From Eledone cirrhosa (taxonomy: Eukaryota), in NCBI GenBank assembly GCA_964016885.1, contig OZ024743.1:54994001-55058000 (forward strand): 64,000 nt of DNA, written 5' to 3'. A program made the position numbers and the translations under genes. Below the pieces are notes generated by a model, which did not search any database, was not told the origin of the DNA, and worked only from the letters and a program-made list of their open reading frames with translations. This document shows, one piece after another, positions 29,852 through 44,200 of this stretch (position 1 is the first letter of the stretch; every line of letters begins with the position of its first letter).

Positions 29852-30240
29852 ATTATAACAAAAGTAATTCCAACTTTGTTTGATTTACACGTTTTATTTA
29901 CAATCCTTTAAAATTTATAATGGTATTAGAATGAAATAGTATGGTAGAATATTAAATGTTAAGTGTTAATTGAACAAGTACTTTCATGCTTTCGCAATCT
30001 TCAGGTTCAAATTCTGTGGTGACAGTCAAGTTTGCAATTTTCAACAGTTGAAAATTGCCAACTTGACTGTCACCACAGAATTTGAACCTGAAGATTGCGA
30101 AAGCATGAAAGTACTTGTTCAATTAACACTTAACATTTAATATTCTACCATACTATTTCATTCTAATACCATTATAAATTTTAAAGGATTGTAAATAAAA
30201 CGAGTAAATCAGACAAAGTTGGAATTCCTTTTATTAATAT
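29852..30240. mobile_element. Near-perfect fold-back with two HHRs (family B)
   Basis: Symmetry centre at 30046 (TTTTCAAC a GTTGAAAA). Plus HHR 30082-30122: TTGAAC CTGAAGA tTGC gaaa GCAt GAAA GTAC TT GTTCAA. Minus copy at 29970-30010. Confidence 0.92.
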
Positions 30241-30469
30241 ATATATATAATGGTGGAACACTGGAAGGTAATATCCGTAGTGGTAGAGCACTCAGTCCAA
30301 GGGACGAGTTAGGTAGATGTGGTTACACAACAGTTAATTCACCATACCGAGAACAATTGTTTCACCTTATATATATATATATGAACAATTATCTCCATGT
30401 ATTATCATGGCAGTGTCCACCATGAGTGCAGTTAGAGCAATATATATATATTTTATTTACATATATCTA

Positions 30470-30515
<46 letters not shown>

Positions 30516-30654
30516 AAAGTTTTATTTAAATTGTTGGGATACAACAAGCAAATATTTTTATAACTGATATAAAGCACTCGAGAAATATTTGGAGTAGATA
30601 TACGGGCACGTCAAGGGGTACGTCAATGTCTATTTATAAAACTGTTATATATTG

Positions 30655-30720
30655 TATTTTGTCTGATGAAGGCATACAATAATGTAACTTGGTATCCTTG
30701 AAATATATATAATGAAATAA
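30655..30720 (+). ncRNA. Type I hammerhead motif (family G)
   Basis: TATTTTGT CTGATGA aggcatac..gtatcctt GAAA TATATATA ATGAAATA. Confidence 0.65.
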
Positions 30721-30758
30721 ATATGGTTTTATAAATATAGTTTCCATTTATTAATATC

Positions 30759-30827
<69 letters not shown>

Positions 30828-31543
30828 CCTCGTTTTGTACAGCCAACCATGTTATTCTTCATTCTTTCACTATATATAGCCTAAGTTAGTCATGTTACTC
30901 TGGAGATTTGCCTGTGTATTCCCAAGGTCATCAAAGAATACACACACACAAATCTATAACCTTCAACAGCGGAGCCACAGAGGCAGTTATTCAAAATAAA
31001 CTAGAATATATATACACTCATGGCTGACTTGTATGTTATAGAGAATAATTATTTCCTTTGTAAAAAGCACTTGTTTTTATTTTAATACATATCCTTCATT
31101 GATTTTCGTTTCCATACGATCCGGCTATATTATATATTGTATACATACGTACATATAAACATATACAGATTTAAATATATAAATATAGCATTATAGTTTA
31201 TAGGAAGCATTGTGAGATGTCTGGCTATGAGGGCTTTAGGAAAGCCAGTACAATGCAAATTAGGAATTCAACTAAACAACAGTTGTTACAGTTTTACCTT
31301 ACATTTCATGATTAGAACGTCAATCTCAAAGGAAAAGAAATGGATTTGGGCATTGACGACGAGGGTTGCTCTCTCTCTAAATAAAAGGAGAGTGATGTTT
31401 AAAATCTCCACCGCTTACTGAATGCACAAGCCGAAACCGTTTGGCGCAGCGGTTGGGATTTTACATATATCTATACCCACACTGCATCTCCCCATGCATT
31501 GAGTACTCCCATGATTAGTGATCTCCTCAGTTTCAACACCGCC

Positions 31544-31617
<74 letters not shown>

Positions 31618-31631
31618 TTCTGTCTCTCTCC

Positions 31632-31703
<72 letters not shown>

Positions 31704-31709
31704 ACTCTG

Positions 31710-31757
<48 letters not shown>

Positions 31758-32171
31758 AAATTGTAAATATATATTTCAAATTGTAAAGTATATATATATA
31801 TATATATATATTTGTTCGATCGTTATACCCAAAGCTTATATTTTTAAGCAGACTGTATTTTGATTTAGGTGTCACAGAAACTCTACATCGGATTTTAACA
31901 CCAATTCCGGGAGTCCAGGTCTGGTTATCATTTATTTTTTATCATTTATTTTGTTTTGACCTGTTTAGCTTGATTTGGTTTTTGGCTTGGGTGGTTAATG
32001 CCTTCTTGACCACCTTTTCAGTTTTGTACGGCTTCTTAACACATTGTTTAGCTCTGGTTTTTAACTATTGAGCACTTTGCCAGTATCATTTCTGATTTTA
32101 TCATTTCTGATTTTTGCGTTTCGCTTCGCTTTTCTTGCCCGCCGAAATGCGATTCTCGCTGAATCTTTATT

Positions 32172-32257
<86 letters not shown>

Positions 32258-32869
32258 CATATATATATATACAATTTGACATGCACTCGATGATCAGATT
32301 TTGGATTAAATTGAAAACCCCATTGATTCTAATAGCAGCTCACGGTACAAACTCAAATGATCTTGAACTTTACAAAGAATTTAAATTCTCCCGCATCGTC
32401 CTTCTCACAGGTTAACAAGGGGCACGTTCAGACCTTAGGTAGAGGGACCTGTTCGACAAATATATTGCAATTTCCATTTCATGCTGCAAAAACTGGCGAT
32501 GGGCCTGCGATCTGTTCTTGGAGGCGTGGGATGGATGCACAAAGATTGCATATCCCGAGACCCCAAAGATGGTTCGGAAGGGAGCAAACCTTGACCATTG
32601 GAACCATCTCTTATGGAGACCAAAGAATCCTTTTTTTCGGAACCATTTAAGTATGAAACGTCTGCTCATCAGTCAAGCTTCATTTATACACAACTTTCCA
32701 TAAAGTTACACCCGCTTCAAAACCTGTCTTTATACTAAATTGTAACACCTTGTAATTAATTACCAGAAAATATCTAAAAACAGCTTTCCTAATCCAAATG
32801 TTTATTGTATCTTTACGGATCGTTGTGAAAGTTTGCAGTATTAGAATAGTGACATTTCTTTTTAATGTG

Positions 32870-34110
32870 ATACAGTGATAGTGTTTTATAGTTTTCAATG
32901 TAATATAGTGATAGTGTTTTATAGTTTTCAATGTAATATAGTGATAGTGTTTTATAGTTTTCAATGTAATATAGTGATAGTGTTCTATAGTTTTCAATGT
33001 AATATAGTGATAGAGCTGTTCTATAGTTTTCAATGTAATATAGTGATAGTGTTTTATAGTTTTCAATGTAATATAGTGATAGTGTTTTATAGTTTTCAAT
33101 GTAATATAGTGATAGAGCTGTTCTATAGTTTTCAATGTAATATAGTGATAGAGCTGTTCTATAGTTTTCAATGTAATATAGTGATAGTGTTTTATAGTTT
33201 TCAATGTAATATAGTGATAGAGCTGTTCTATAGTTTTCAATGTAATATAGTGATAGAGCTGTTCTATAGTTTTCAATGTAATATAGTGATAGTGTTTTAT
33301 AGTTTTCAATGTAATATAGTGATAGAGCTGTTCTATAGTTTTCAATGTAATATAGTGATAGAGCTGTTCTATAGTTTTCAATGTAATATAGTGATAGAGC
33401 TGTTCTATAATTTTCAATGTAATATTGTGATAGAGCTGTTCTATAGTTTTCAATGTAATATAGTGATAGTGTTTTATAGTTTTCAATGTAATATAGTGAT
33501 AGAGCTGTTCTATAGTTTTCAATGTAATATAGTGATAGAGCTGTTCTATAGTTTTCAATGTAATATAGTGATAGAGCTGTTCTATAATTTTCAATGTAAT
33601 ATTGTGATAGAGCTGTTCTATAGTTTTCAATGTAATATAGTGATAGTGTTTTATAGTTTTCAATGTAATATAGTGATAGAGCTGTTCTATAGTTTTCAAT
33701 GTAATATAGTGATAGAGCTGTTCTATAGTTTTCAATGTAATATAGTGATAGTGTTTTATAGTTTTCAATGTAATATAGTGATAGAGCTGTTCTATAATTT
33801 TCAATGTAATATAGTGATAGTGTTTTATAGTTTTCAATGTAATATAGTGATAGTGTTTTATAGTTTTCAATGTAATATAGTGATAGAGCTGTTCTATAGT
33901 TTTCAATGTAATATAGTGATAGTGTTTTATAGTTTTCAATGTAATATAGTGATAGAGCTGTTCTATAGTTTTCAATGTAATATAGTGATAGTGTTCTATA
34001 GTTTTCAATGTAATATAGTGATAGAGCTGTTCTATACTTTTCAAGGTGATATAGTGATAGAGCTGTTCTATAGTTTTCAATGTAATATAGTGATAGAGCT
34101 GTTCTATAAT
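32870..34110. repeat. 33/36-bp two-variant minisatellite
   Basis: Units ATAGTGATAG(TGTTT or AGCTGTTC)TATAGTTTTCAATGTAAT interspersed; about 35 copies. Confidence 0.97.
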
Positions 34111-34343
34111 TTTATAGATGTTATGGTATTTTAATAATAAAATCATTCAAATTACATATTTTCAGATGCTCGATAGATTTTCAGTTGCACGATGGATTTT
34201 CTAACATATTTTTATCATGCATATTTTGTGTCACATAAAATATCAACCGACGAGTGCATTTTACATATGTATACACATAACAGTCAAATAACAGGTATGT
34301 ATGTATATGAATATATCTAGGCATATATATGTGTGTGTGTGTG

Positions 34344-34388
<45 letters not shown>

Positions 34389-34520
34389 CTATATATGTAT
34401 ATATGTATATATGTATATATATATATATATGACTATGTGTATATCTATGTGTATGTCTATATTCATATATGAGATATATATATACATATATAAGATATAG
34501 ATATATATACATACATATAT

Positions 34521-34556
<36 letters not shown>

Positions 34557-34971
34557 GGGGAGAGGGAGAGAGAGTGAGATGAGAGAGAGAGAGAGGGAGA
34601 GAGAAAGTGAGAGAGAGAGAGAGAGGGAGAGAGAGAGAGAGAGATTTATCATACATACAAAACATTTGCATGAATACACATCAGAATGGTTACATATATA
34701 AAACATTGAAATTCACAAGTACATTATACAAACACACACGCATTGTATACACATAGTCAGCAGTACAGCATACTCCCAATATACACAAGCTACAATATAT
34801 ATATATGTATTCAAAAGCATACCACATATGCAATGAGTTACGTACATTACATGCTCTTTCACTCGTATGTGTACACATAGACATACACATAGTCATATAA
34901 CTGTACATACACATTCACATATATGGGCACAACATATTCACTTATACGTGCACATAGACAAATACACTCCT

Positions 34972-35002
<31 letters not shown>

Positions 35003-35015
35003 AGCATATATATAA

Positions 35016-35117
<102 letters not shown>

Positions 35118-36057
35118 ACACATATATGTGTATATATATATATATATATATCTTTATATATATATACATATATATATATAAATGCATATCTCTCTCTCTC
35201 TCTCTCTATCTATATATATATATATATACATACATCTCTCTGTCTCTCTCTCATCTCTATCTAACTATCTATCTATCTATCTATATATATATATACACAC
35301 ACAACCATATTTAACTACGTCTATAAACTGACACACACACACACAATCACACACATACACACACTCACACATGCGCATATACAAAAAGAGCTCATTAATA
35401 TTAGTTCAGAGGCGAGGAAAGAAACACTTACACATGCGCGTTAATGGTTTTGCCGAGTCTCTATTTACAGCTTAGCTCAGCTGTTTTGAATAAAACTTTA
35501 AACGTCTCCAGCTAATAGCCATTAATTCAATTCATAAGCATTCAATTAGTCGGCCATATTAGTTTCCTTTTAAACGAAACATTAATAATCTTTGGCAAAC
35601 ATTTCGTCTTCGTCAAGTCTTTTATCGTTTAGCTATCAAATCCCATAACTACGTAGATTGATAAAGTTTTTCTTCTCTCCTCACTCTCTCTGAATTTATG
35701 TATACGAGGCAGGATGACGACTTTATAATGAAACTTGTTATTCCAACGTCTCTCACACATCAAAATCATTTCTTTCTTGGTTGTCCTCATCAAACAAGAC
35801 TCTATGTTAATCACACTTATTCGTTTCTTTCTTCGCTCTCTTCATCAAACAAGAAAGCCTTTCTGTGATAATCACACTTATACAACGATCAAGATGAAGA
35901 TGAGGATGAAGAAACCCACGTAGCTATTTATTTATTTTAGTTACTTACAACATGATTCCCATTCAAGAGAAGATGAAAAGATAGAAATTCAGCGACGTTA
36001 GTTGAAAGAAAGAAACGCTGTAATCTAACGTAATGACGGACATAAGTAAATAAATAA

Positions 36058-36367
36058 ATTGTTTCTACTTTTGGCACAAGGCCAGCAAAAACCCAGTGCA
36101 TTACTGGTACTTTATTTTATCGACCCCGTAAGGATGAAAGGCAAAGTTAGCCTCGGCGGGAATAATTAAATAAATAAATATATAATAATTGTTTCTACTT
36201 TAGGCACAAGGCCAGCAATTACCCAGTGCATTACTGGTACTTTATTTTATCGACCCCGTAAGGATGAAAGGCAAAGTCAACCTCGGCGGGATTTGAACTC
36301 AGATCGTAAAGGGACGTAACTATGCTGGAAAGCATGGCGTCCGACCCTCTACCGATACTGCCAATCC
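36058..36367 (-). mobile_element. Two tandem SINE family 1 copies (one truncated)
   Basis: 36058-36160 partial; 36187-36367 near full length. Confidence 0.85.
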
Positions 36368-37083
36368 AATATATAATAATGAGTAACGGAATGCGGAGAT
36401 AAATACGAACTAGATTAAAGATTAATGTTCGTGACATGGATGCTCTTAATCCAGAATGGTAAAAGAAATTAAAAAAGTAAAGACTCTTAAATTTCTTATG
36501 GAGTCATAGGGGTGCCGTCCTAACACATGGCGTATCTTGTGCAGTTTAAAACTGGTGGAGAGAGAGAGAGAGAGGGGGGGGGTTTAGAAGAGGCGGGGGG
36601 GGGGGGGGATGAAAGAACCAACCCCAATACTGGGCTGGTGATATATATATGGAGCTTGAAAGCATGACAGACCAAGTTACGACGGCGGTATATGCACTCA
36701 GAACGCAGTGAGCTAGAACAAATACCAAGATATTGAAAATCCGACGCCTTAATGATTCTGCAATTCGCCCCTTTAATCCAGAATAGAAGACATATATCAC
36801 AAATAAATAATTAACTTAACGTTGTACGGATTATGTATATGCCAACATTTCTTAAAATAAACAAATGCTAAGTTCCTATGTTCTAAAGAGAAATGTTCTT
36901 TTACTGAGGCTGAGGGTTTATTAGAGTATCTCTTTAAGGGGAATTCGCCCATCTTATTGTGCCCATTATTTATGTTTCTGAGCCTGACACTTTTCATCGA
37001 AGTGTTTCTGTCGAACCGCGGACTAACAGGAGTCACAACTACTAACAGAGTTACATACGCCAACATACACACAGACATGGATA

Positions 37084-37144
<61 letters not shown>

Positions 37145-37439
37145 GTATATATGACGAACTTAAACGTCTACCAAATGCTATTCAAGGCATTGGTTTATCC
37201 AAGCCCATTTAGTAGAAGGCAATTGCTCAGTGTGCCCAATGGTAACGTTTCGATTTATGTGCGCAATTATACATAAACATATTGTATATGAGTTCATATA
37301 AACACACACACACACAGACACACACATGTGTGTGTGTGTGTGTGTGTGTATAGGTGGATTCCCAATGTATTTCGGCAGGTGACCACAGTTAAAAAGGTAC
37401 TCAATACGTTACTAGAGAATAGGTATATTTATTTTATTA

Positions 37440-37537
37440 TAGATATGTCTTCTACAGGACTAGAACTCTTTCATTCGTAAGAAATCATTAGGAAATGAGG
37501 ATTTCTTACGAATGGAATAGTTCTAGTCCTGTAGAAG

Positions 37538-37579
<42 letters not shown>

Positions 37580-37625
37580 AATGGCTTGTACATGACTAGA
37601 ACTGTTTCATTCGAAGGAAATCATC
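37440..37625. repeat. Short fold-back of HHR family C (decayed)
   Basis: TTCTACAGGACTAGAACT...AGTTCTAGTCCTGTAGAA; homologous to 47060-47200 and 58095-58220. Confidence 0.75.
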
Positions 37626-38413
37626 TGCTATGTACTGAGTACCTACCACCGAACCCGGGATATATTATATGTATATACATGAGAGAGAGAGAGAGAGAGG
37701 GGGGGGGGGGGTAATACAGTGGGTGATTAAGACATATCAATGTTATATACATATTGAAGCTTTTCAGAAGAAAAAGTAGTGTGGGCAGATTACATATGTT
37801 TACGTAGATTTTAATTTCAAATCCTGTCGGCGCCATATTAATGTCTCATTCATGCAAGAAATATCAGATTTCAACCAATAATTCATATTCTTGACACTGC
37901 CCTACGATGATATACTCCCGTCATTAGCTTTATATATACCAGTTTATACATGAGGAAATATCATAATGTTAAATTACTAAATGGACTCACAACTATACAT
38001 CAATAAGTTTTTTGTTTGTTTAGTGTGTGTGGCTTATGCTTTTTTTTTTCTTGTAAATAGTTGGTGACGTGACATTCGTTATAGCGTCGAATAGAACGCT
38101 TTGCGGCATTTGTTTCGGCTCTCTCTTCTCTGGGTTCAAATACCATTGAAACTTCGAAGACACTAACATGTTTTTCTTCAGAGATTAAATCTTAAACTCT
38201 GCTCACTTCTCACATGTACTGAATCCTCATTTAATTAATGTTTGGAAATGTTATGTACACTGGTATTGAAAAAACTCTCTTCTCTTCAGTATATAGTTTC
38301 CAAAGGAGTCCACATAGCTATGTTTTCACAGAATATGAATTGAAAACAGGGGGCTCACAGGGCAAAGACAGTGGAAAAAACAACGGTAAAACGGACAGCC
38401 CATTCTCCTTCGT

Positions 38414-38464
<51 letters not shown>

Positions 38465-38665
38465 AAAATGTTTAATTCCGACGGCAGAGCTCAAGCCGTT
38501 TCGACGGCTATTTATGAACTCAAATAGCCGTCCAGAAAAATCCGTCGAAACGGCTTGAGCTCTGTCGTCGGGGTTAAACATTTTCATATAACCCACTCTA
38601 CTACCCTAAGTATTGAGTACTGTGGTGCGTTATGGTCCATTTGGTTCCTTACCACACCTTCTTCG

Positions 38666-38715
<50 letters not shown>

Positions 38716-38741
38716 TAACAAAACCAGTACAGTATGGATCC

Positions 38742-38812
<71 letters not shown>

Positions 38813-39132
38813 GTGTATAGATCGAAGTTGTAGCTGCACTATAGCAAATATCAATCGTATTGTTTAAGGCAGTCACAAAAGCACTCAATGTGATGAAGCG
38901 TTAATACGTTTTCACCCTGAGTAAACACACACGAAAAAATACATACAATTTTACAGAGAGCATTCCTTTCATCAGGTCTCCACAGTATCGCTCCCTGCAG
39001 CAGTGCAAAGCAGCATTGATGCTACCAGGGAGTAACAAGGTTTTATGTTTCACTAAGTAGCACAATTTTCATCAATATCCATGCCACTACCACCAGAATT
39101 GTGATCTTGTCTTTGCTAACTCCCACCATTTA

Positions 39133-39318
39133 GGCTGGCAGTATTCGTGAAGGGTCGGATGCCATGCTTTGCAGTATATACTTACGGCCATTTACGATCT
39201 GAGTTCAAATCCCGCCGAGGTTAACTTTCCCTTTCACCCTTACGGAGTCGATAAAATAAAATACCAGTAATTCACTGATTTGATTGCTGGCCTTGTGCCA
39301 AATGTAGAAATAATTATT
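39133..39318 (+). mobile_element. SINE family 1
   Basis: TGGCAGTATTCG...GAGTTCAAATCCCGCCGAGG...GTCGATAAAATAAAATACCAG. Confidence 0.8.
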
Positions 39319-39629
39319 ATATTTATTCATTTAGAATCGTTAGAGCGTCGAACAAATGTTTTCCGATATTTGTTCCGGTCCTTTATGTTCTCAGTTGAAA
39401 ACTCACCAAGGTTAACTTTACATTTCATTATTCCATTGGAACGATAAAATAAAGTACCATAAAGTACTAGGGTCGATTTACTCGATTTTCCGCCTTTCCT
39501 CCAACCTTATGTCTAAATTAGAAATCGTTGTGTTCTCCTATGGACCGAGAGAATCGGTAGAGCTTCAGACAAATCATTCTCAGTTGACGATCAATTTTGC
39601 CTTTCATCCATCCTTTCGTGGTTCGTAAA

Positions 39630-40160
39630 AGTACTAATCAAATAATATGTTTGATGTTATCGACTTTCCCTTTTACCCTAAACTGCAGTCCTTGTGCTTT
39701 CGGGTTCAATAAAATGATGTACCAATTAAGTACTGTGGCCGATGCCATTGACTTCCACTCTTTCCCTAAACTGCTGGCCACGTGCTTTCGAGGTCAATAG
39801 AATAAAGTACCAATCAAGTACTGTGGTCTCTGTAATCGACTGCCCCTCTTCCCTTAAACTGTGGACCTTGTGCTTTATTGCTCAACGAAATAAAGTACCA
39901 ATCAAGTACTGTGATCTATGTCATCGAGTAACCCTCCTCCCATAATCTGCAGGTTTTGTGCTTTTTTGATCAATGAAATAAAGTACCAATCAAGTACTGT
40001 GTTTGATGCCACCGATTGCCCATCTTATCCTAAACTGCTAGCCTTGTGCTTTCTTGGTCAATAAAATAAAGTACCAATCAAGGGCAGTGTTTGATGTCAT
40101 CGACTAACCCTCTTGTCCTAAACTGCTGGCCTTGTGCTTCAATAGGAACCATTATTGTTT
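39630..40160 (+). repeat. ~88-bp SINE-derived tandem repeat
   Basis: AATAAAGTACCAATCAAGTACTGTG-like cores at ~39711, 39801, 39889, 39978 and 40066; each unit ends in CTGCTGGCCTTGTGC-like SINE tail sequence. Confidence 0.8.
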
Positions 40161-41215
40161 ACTCTTTTTTGAGGGGTCGTTCACACTAAATTATTAGTTA
40201 TGCGCAGCACTAGACGTGTGGAATTAAATATACAATAGGTGTGACTGCTGACTGGACTGTTGAGTGTTATGTATTAGCTATATTACATTTCAAATCAAGT
40301 GTCAAAATATGATACTCCTTCGGTAGGTCTTGTCACCTTATCACTGAAGCCATCATTCTTGTTGCGTTATACAATAAAAATAGAAACATTATGTAATTAT
40401 TTAAAGTGAACGTGTCATATAGTTGTGTTCTCTATCATATAACATCCACTCACAGTTATCTATGTATCTATCTGTCACGGGTCCATAAATACTGAGCCGT
40501 AGGAGCGGCGTTAAAACCTGATTGACACCCATTCGTTGCGAGATATGAACATAGCTGAGGAAGATATATATATATATATTTGTATGTGGTTGACGACTGA
40601 GAGAAAAGAGTACTCAATCATGAAGTTAAGTTTTCATATACATTTTATTAAGGCTAAATAATGAGTCTTGTTACTCTGGAGTTTTGCCTGTTTATCGCTG
40701 ATGGCCTTGTGATAAACAGGCAAAACTTCAGAGTAACAATACTGTTTAGCCTTAATAAAATGAATATATATACATATGTATCTATCTATCTATCAATCTA
40801 TCTGTCTATACATATATATATATATATACATATATCCAAACTGAACATGAACCGATAAGGTCTGGTTTCTTGGGTATGTCAACATTTATAAAACAAATTT
40901 TGTATTTTATCTGATGAGGGCGTACCAGGATGTTGGTACCCTTGAATAAATATGGTTTTATAAATATAGTTTCCATTTATTAATATCATTCATATTATAT
41001 TCCAGAAAACTTGTAGAGTGCTTCGAATCTGTTATAATAAATGAACTTGTTGAATTACCAACAAATTAAATATCTCTTTGCTTATCTCTCTCTATATATA
41101 TATGAATGTGCATATATATATATATATATAACTTTGAATAACTTTGAAATGTTTTGGCCAGTATTGGCCCAGGCCATGTCTAACTTAATAGCACCACCTG
41201 GCGAAGTCTTTCAAT

Positions 41216-44200
41216 TCAGGATTTGGGCACCATGGCCCATTCGAGAAGAGAATTACTGTTTGCGGAGACATATCCGGGTGTGGGTGGTTTGTCCGGGATT
41301 ACTTGGAGGAATTTGTCCAAAGACTTCTTGAATTTTGTGTGGTCAGTTTCTGTTTTGACGTGTCCTGGTGTGATGTTGAAGAGAGCAGGGCCGATTGAGG
41401 TGAAATAATTGTGCCGTATTGTTGTTATGAGTTGCGATTTAGATTTTTGAATGGGACGGATAGCACGGGGCCCAAGCCTTGGGTGTATCTTGAAGGCGAT
41501 GCCAACATCATTTGGGCAGTGATGATGGAACATTTTCCACATCATGCAGATAATATAACGCTCACGGCGACGTTGGAGTGAGTAAAGTTTCAGGTTTTCC
41601 AATCGACCCCAGTAGTCAAGGTCTGACATGCCATCTATCTTTTTCGTGATTGCCCTTTGAGGAGCTTCAAGTTTCATGATACTTTGTTTCGTGTGGGGAG
41701 ACCACAGTGGACAACAGTATTCAAGGTGTGGTCGGGCGAAAGTAGAGAAGAGAAGGATAATGGTGCGGGAATCTCTCGACTGGAAGGTTCTGAGGATCCA
41801 GGAACACATTCTGCGGGCCATGTCAACTTTGCTGCTTATATGCGTGGTCCAGCTTATGTTGCTGTCCACGGTTACTCCCAAGTCTCTGATGTTGTTAGAT
41901 GCCACGAGAGTTTCCCCGGAGGGAAGGGAGTACGGGAGTTTCAGAGCATCCTCTTTTCCAAAGTGGATCAGTTCGAATTTGTCTTCGTTCAGTAACATGT
42001 TGTTCTTTTCTGCCCATTGGGTAACAGCCAGTAGGTCTGACTGAAGGCTTATCCGGTCATCCACGCCATTGATGACCTTTTGGAGCTTGGAATCATCAGC
42101 GAAAATTTTAATGTTGCTGTGTTTGATGATGTCAGTGATGTCATTAATATAGATGATGAAGAGAAGTGGGCCCAACACAGTGCCTTGTGGGACTCCACTA
42201 CTGACTTTGGCTGGGCTTGATTTGACTCCCTCAACTACAACATGTTGGGTTCTGTTTGACAGGAAGCTCTTGATCCACTGCAGCAGCTTTCCAGTGACAC
42301 CAATATTGGACAGCTTTCTCAGTAGAATGTTATGATCAACCCTGTCAAAGGCCTTGCTGAAATCAAGGTAGATAACATCAGTGTTGGAACCCTCTCCCAA
42401 GGCTCTCAAAATGTCATCAAAGTGATGCAGTAGTTGCGTCAGGCAATCCCTACCATTACGGAATCCATGCTGGTTGGAGTTCAGCATATTGTTACTCTCA
42501 AGGAAGTGGGTCATTCGCGATCTCACCACTCGCTCAAATACCTTAATGATATGAGAGGTGAGTGAGATTGGACGGTAATTCACGGCAAGGGATTTGTTTC
42601 CCTTTTTGAAAACTGGGACAACAGACTGGGATAGAAGGTTTTCTGGCACATATCCAGCATCCAGTGAGTTCCGCCACAGATTGGCAAGAGGAGAAGCAAG
42701 TTGGTGTTGACACGCCTTCAAGACACAAGCAGGGAACCTATCGGGACCTACTGCTGAATTATGCTTGATTTCCTTTATTGCCGCCAAGACATCAGGGGCG
42801 CCAAACGTTATGTCCGATAAGGTGTAATGGGGAGTAACATCGCCGATACAGCCCAGATCGGCCATATCAGGATTGCTGAAAACAGAGCAGTATTGTTTCT
42901 GCAGTATCTCACCCATGGTTTTAGCATTGTCTTGAAGAGTGCCATTTTCATCAATTAGAGGGCCAACAGTAGAGCCAGTGATTTTGTGTTTTTTTGCAAA
43001 TGAAAAGAACACTTTGGGATTGAGTTTGATCTTCTCAATGGCCCAGGCCTCTTCAGCTCTTCTCTGATTGTTGATGAGGGACATTATGTTGTTTTGGAGG
43101 TTATGTTTTTTAATCTCTAGTGATGAAATGGCAGTCAAGTTGATGTGTTGCTGCTGACAGTATTTCAGCTTGTTGATTTTTTTGTTCGTTCTCTTAATTT
43201 TTCTGATGAGTGTTTTTCTATTTCTAGGGATTCTGCTCTTAGATTTGTTTATAGTTCTTAATGGGGTGTGTTTAGCACATATGTTTGTAACAGTGTCCAC
43301 AAATGTCTGCCAGGACTTTTTGATGTTAGTGGGTGTATGAGTGTGCGTGAAGGACCAGTCGACATGTGCAAGATCATGACTGATCGCTTCCCAGTTTGCA
43401 TTGTGGAAATCCATAGCGTCAAACGGATGGACAGGAGAAATGACATTGGGTTTGTATATTGGACGGTGGAAACTCAGATCACAGAGAACCATGTCATGAT
43501 CAGAGAGTAGAGTTTTCTCCACTGCAATATTGTGGATATTGTCAGTGTGATTGCTGAAAATTAAGTCTAGGACGTTTTTGTGGCACCTCGTTGGTTCGAG
43601 CACTAGTTGGGATAGGAAGAAATCATCCATGAAGTCAAGAAGCGATTCCACAGCTTCCCTGTCAGAGGTTGAGGCAGAAGAACCTGGTGGCAGGGTGTTT
43701 GTGGACCAGTCAACTCCGGGGAGGTTGAAGTCCCCCATCATTAAGATGTTGTCAGGGTGACACTCTTGGATGAAACACTTTATGCTGTTGAGGCATTCCT
43801 TGAAGCATGGTACAGGCGTTTGGGGTGGCCTATAGAGCCCAACTACTAATAGGTTGTTGGTTTGACTGAATACAGTGACTGCCTCACAGTATCCATTAGT
43901 GAATATGTTCATAGCCTCTGTTGAGAAAGAATTATGGACATAAATGGCAGTTCCGCCCTTTCTTCTGCCAGCGCGATCAGCACGGATGGCTTTGAAATTT
44001 TTCACTTTCACCTCGGCTTCCAAGTGGAGGTTACTGAGATGGGTTTCAGTGAGGACGAAGAAAGGGATGTGGTTTGGATGGACATCAATCCAGTCCTCCA
44101 GGAATTTGATCTTCCATTTTTGAGTATTGGTGGAAGGGCTGATGCCTTGGGCGTTAAGCAAAAATGTAGAGGCGAGAGTGGATGGTTTTAATTGTTTTGG

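Noticed and set aside
32285-32860. Complex sequence that might be a host exon or an RT remnant
   Set aside because: Stops in all frames and only vague motif resemblance; cannot be assigned without BLASTx.
32870-34110. CRISPR-like appearance of the 33/36-bp array
   Set aside because: Units are contiguous with no unique spacers, there are no cas genes, and the context is eukaryotic.
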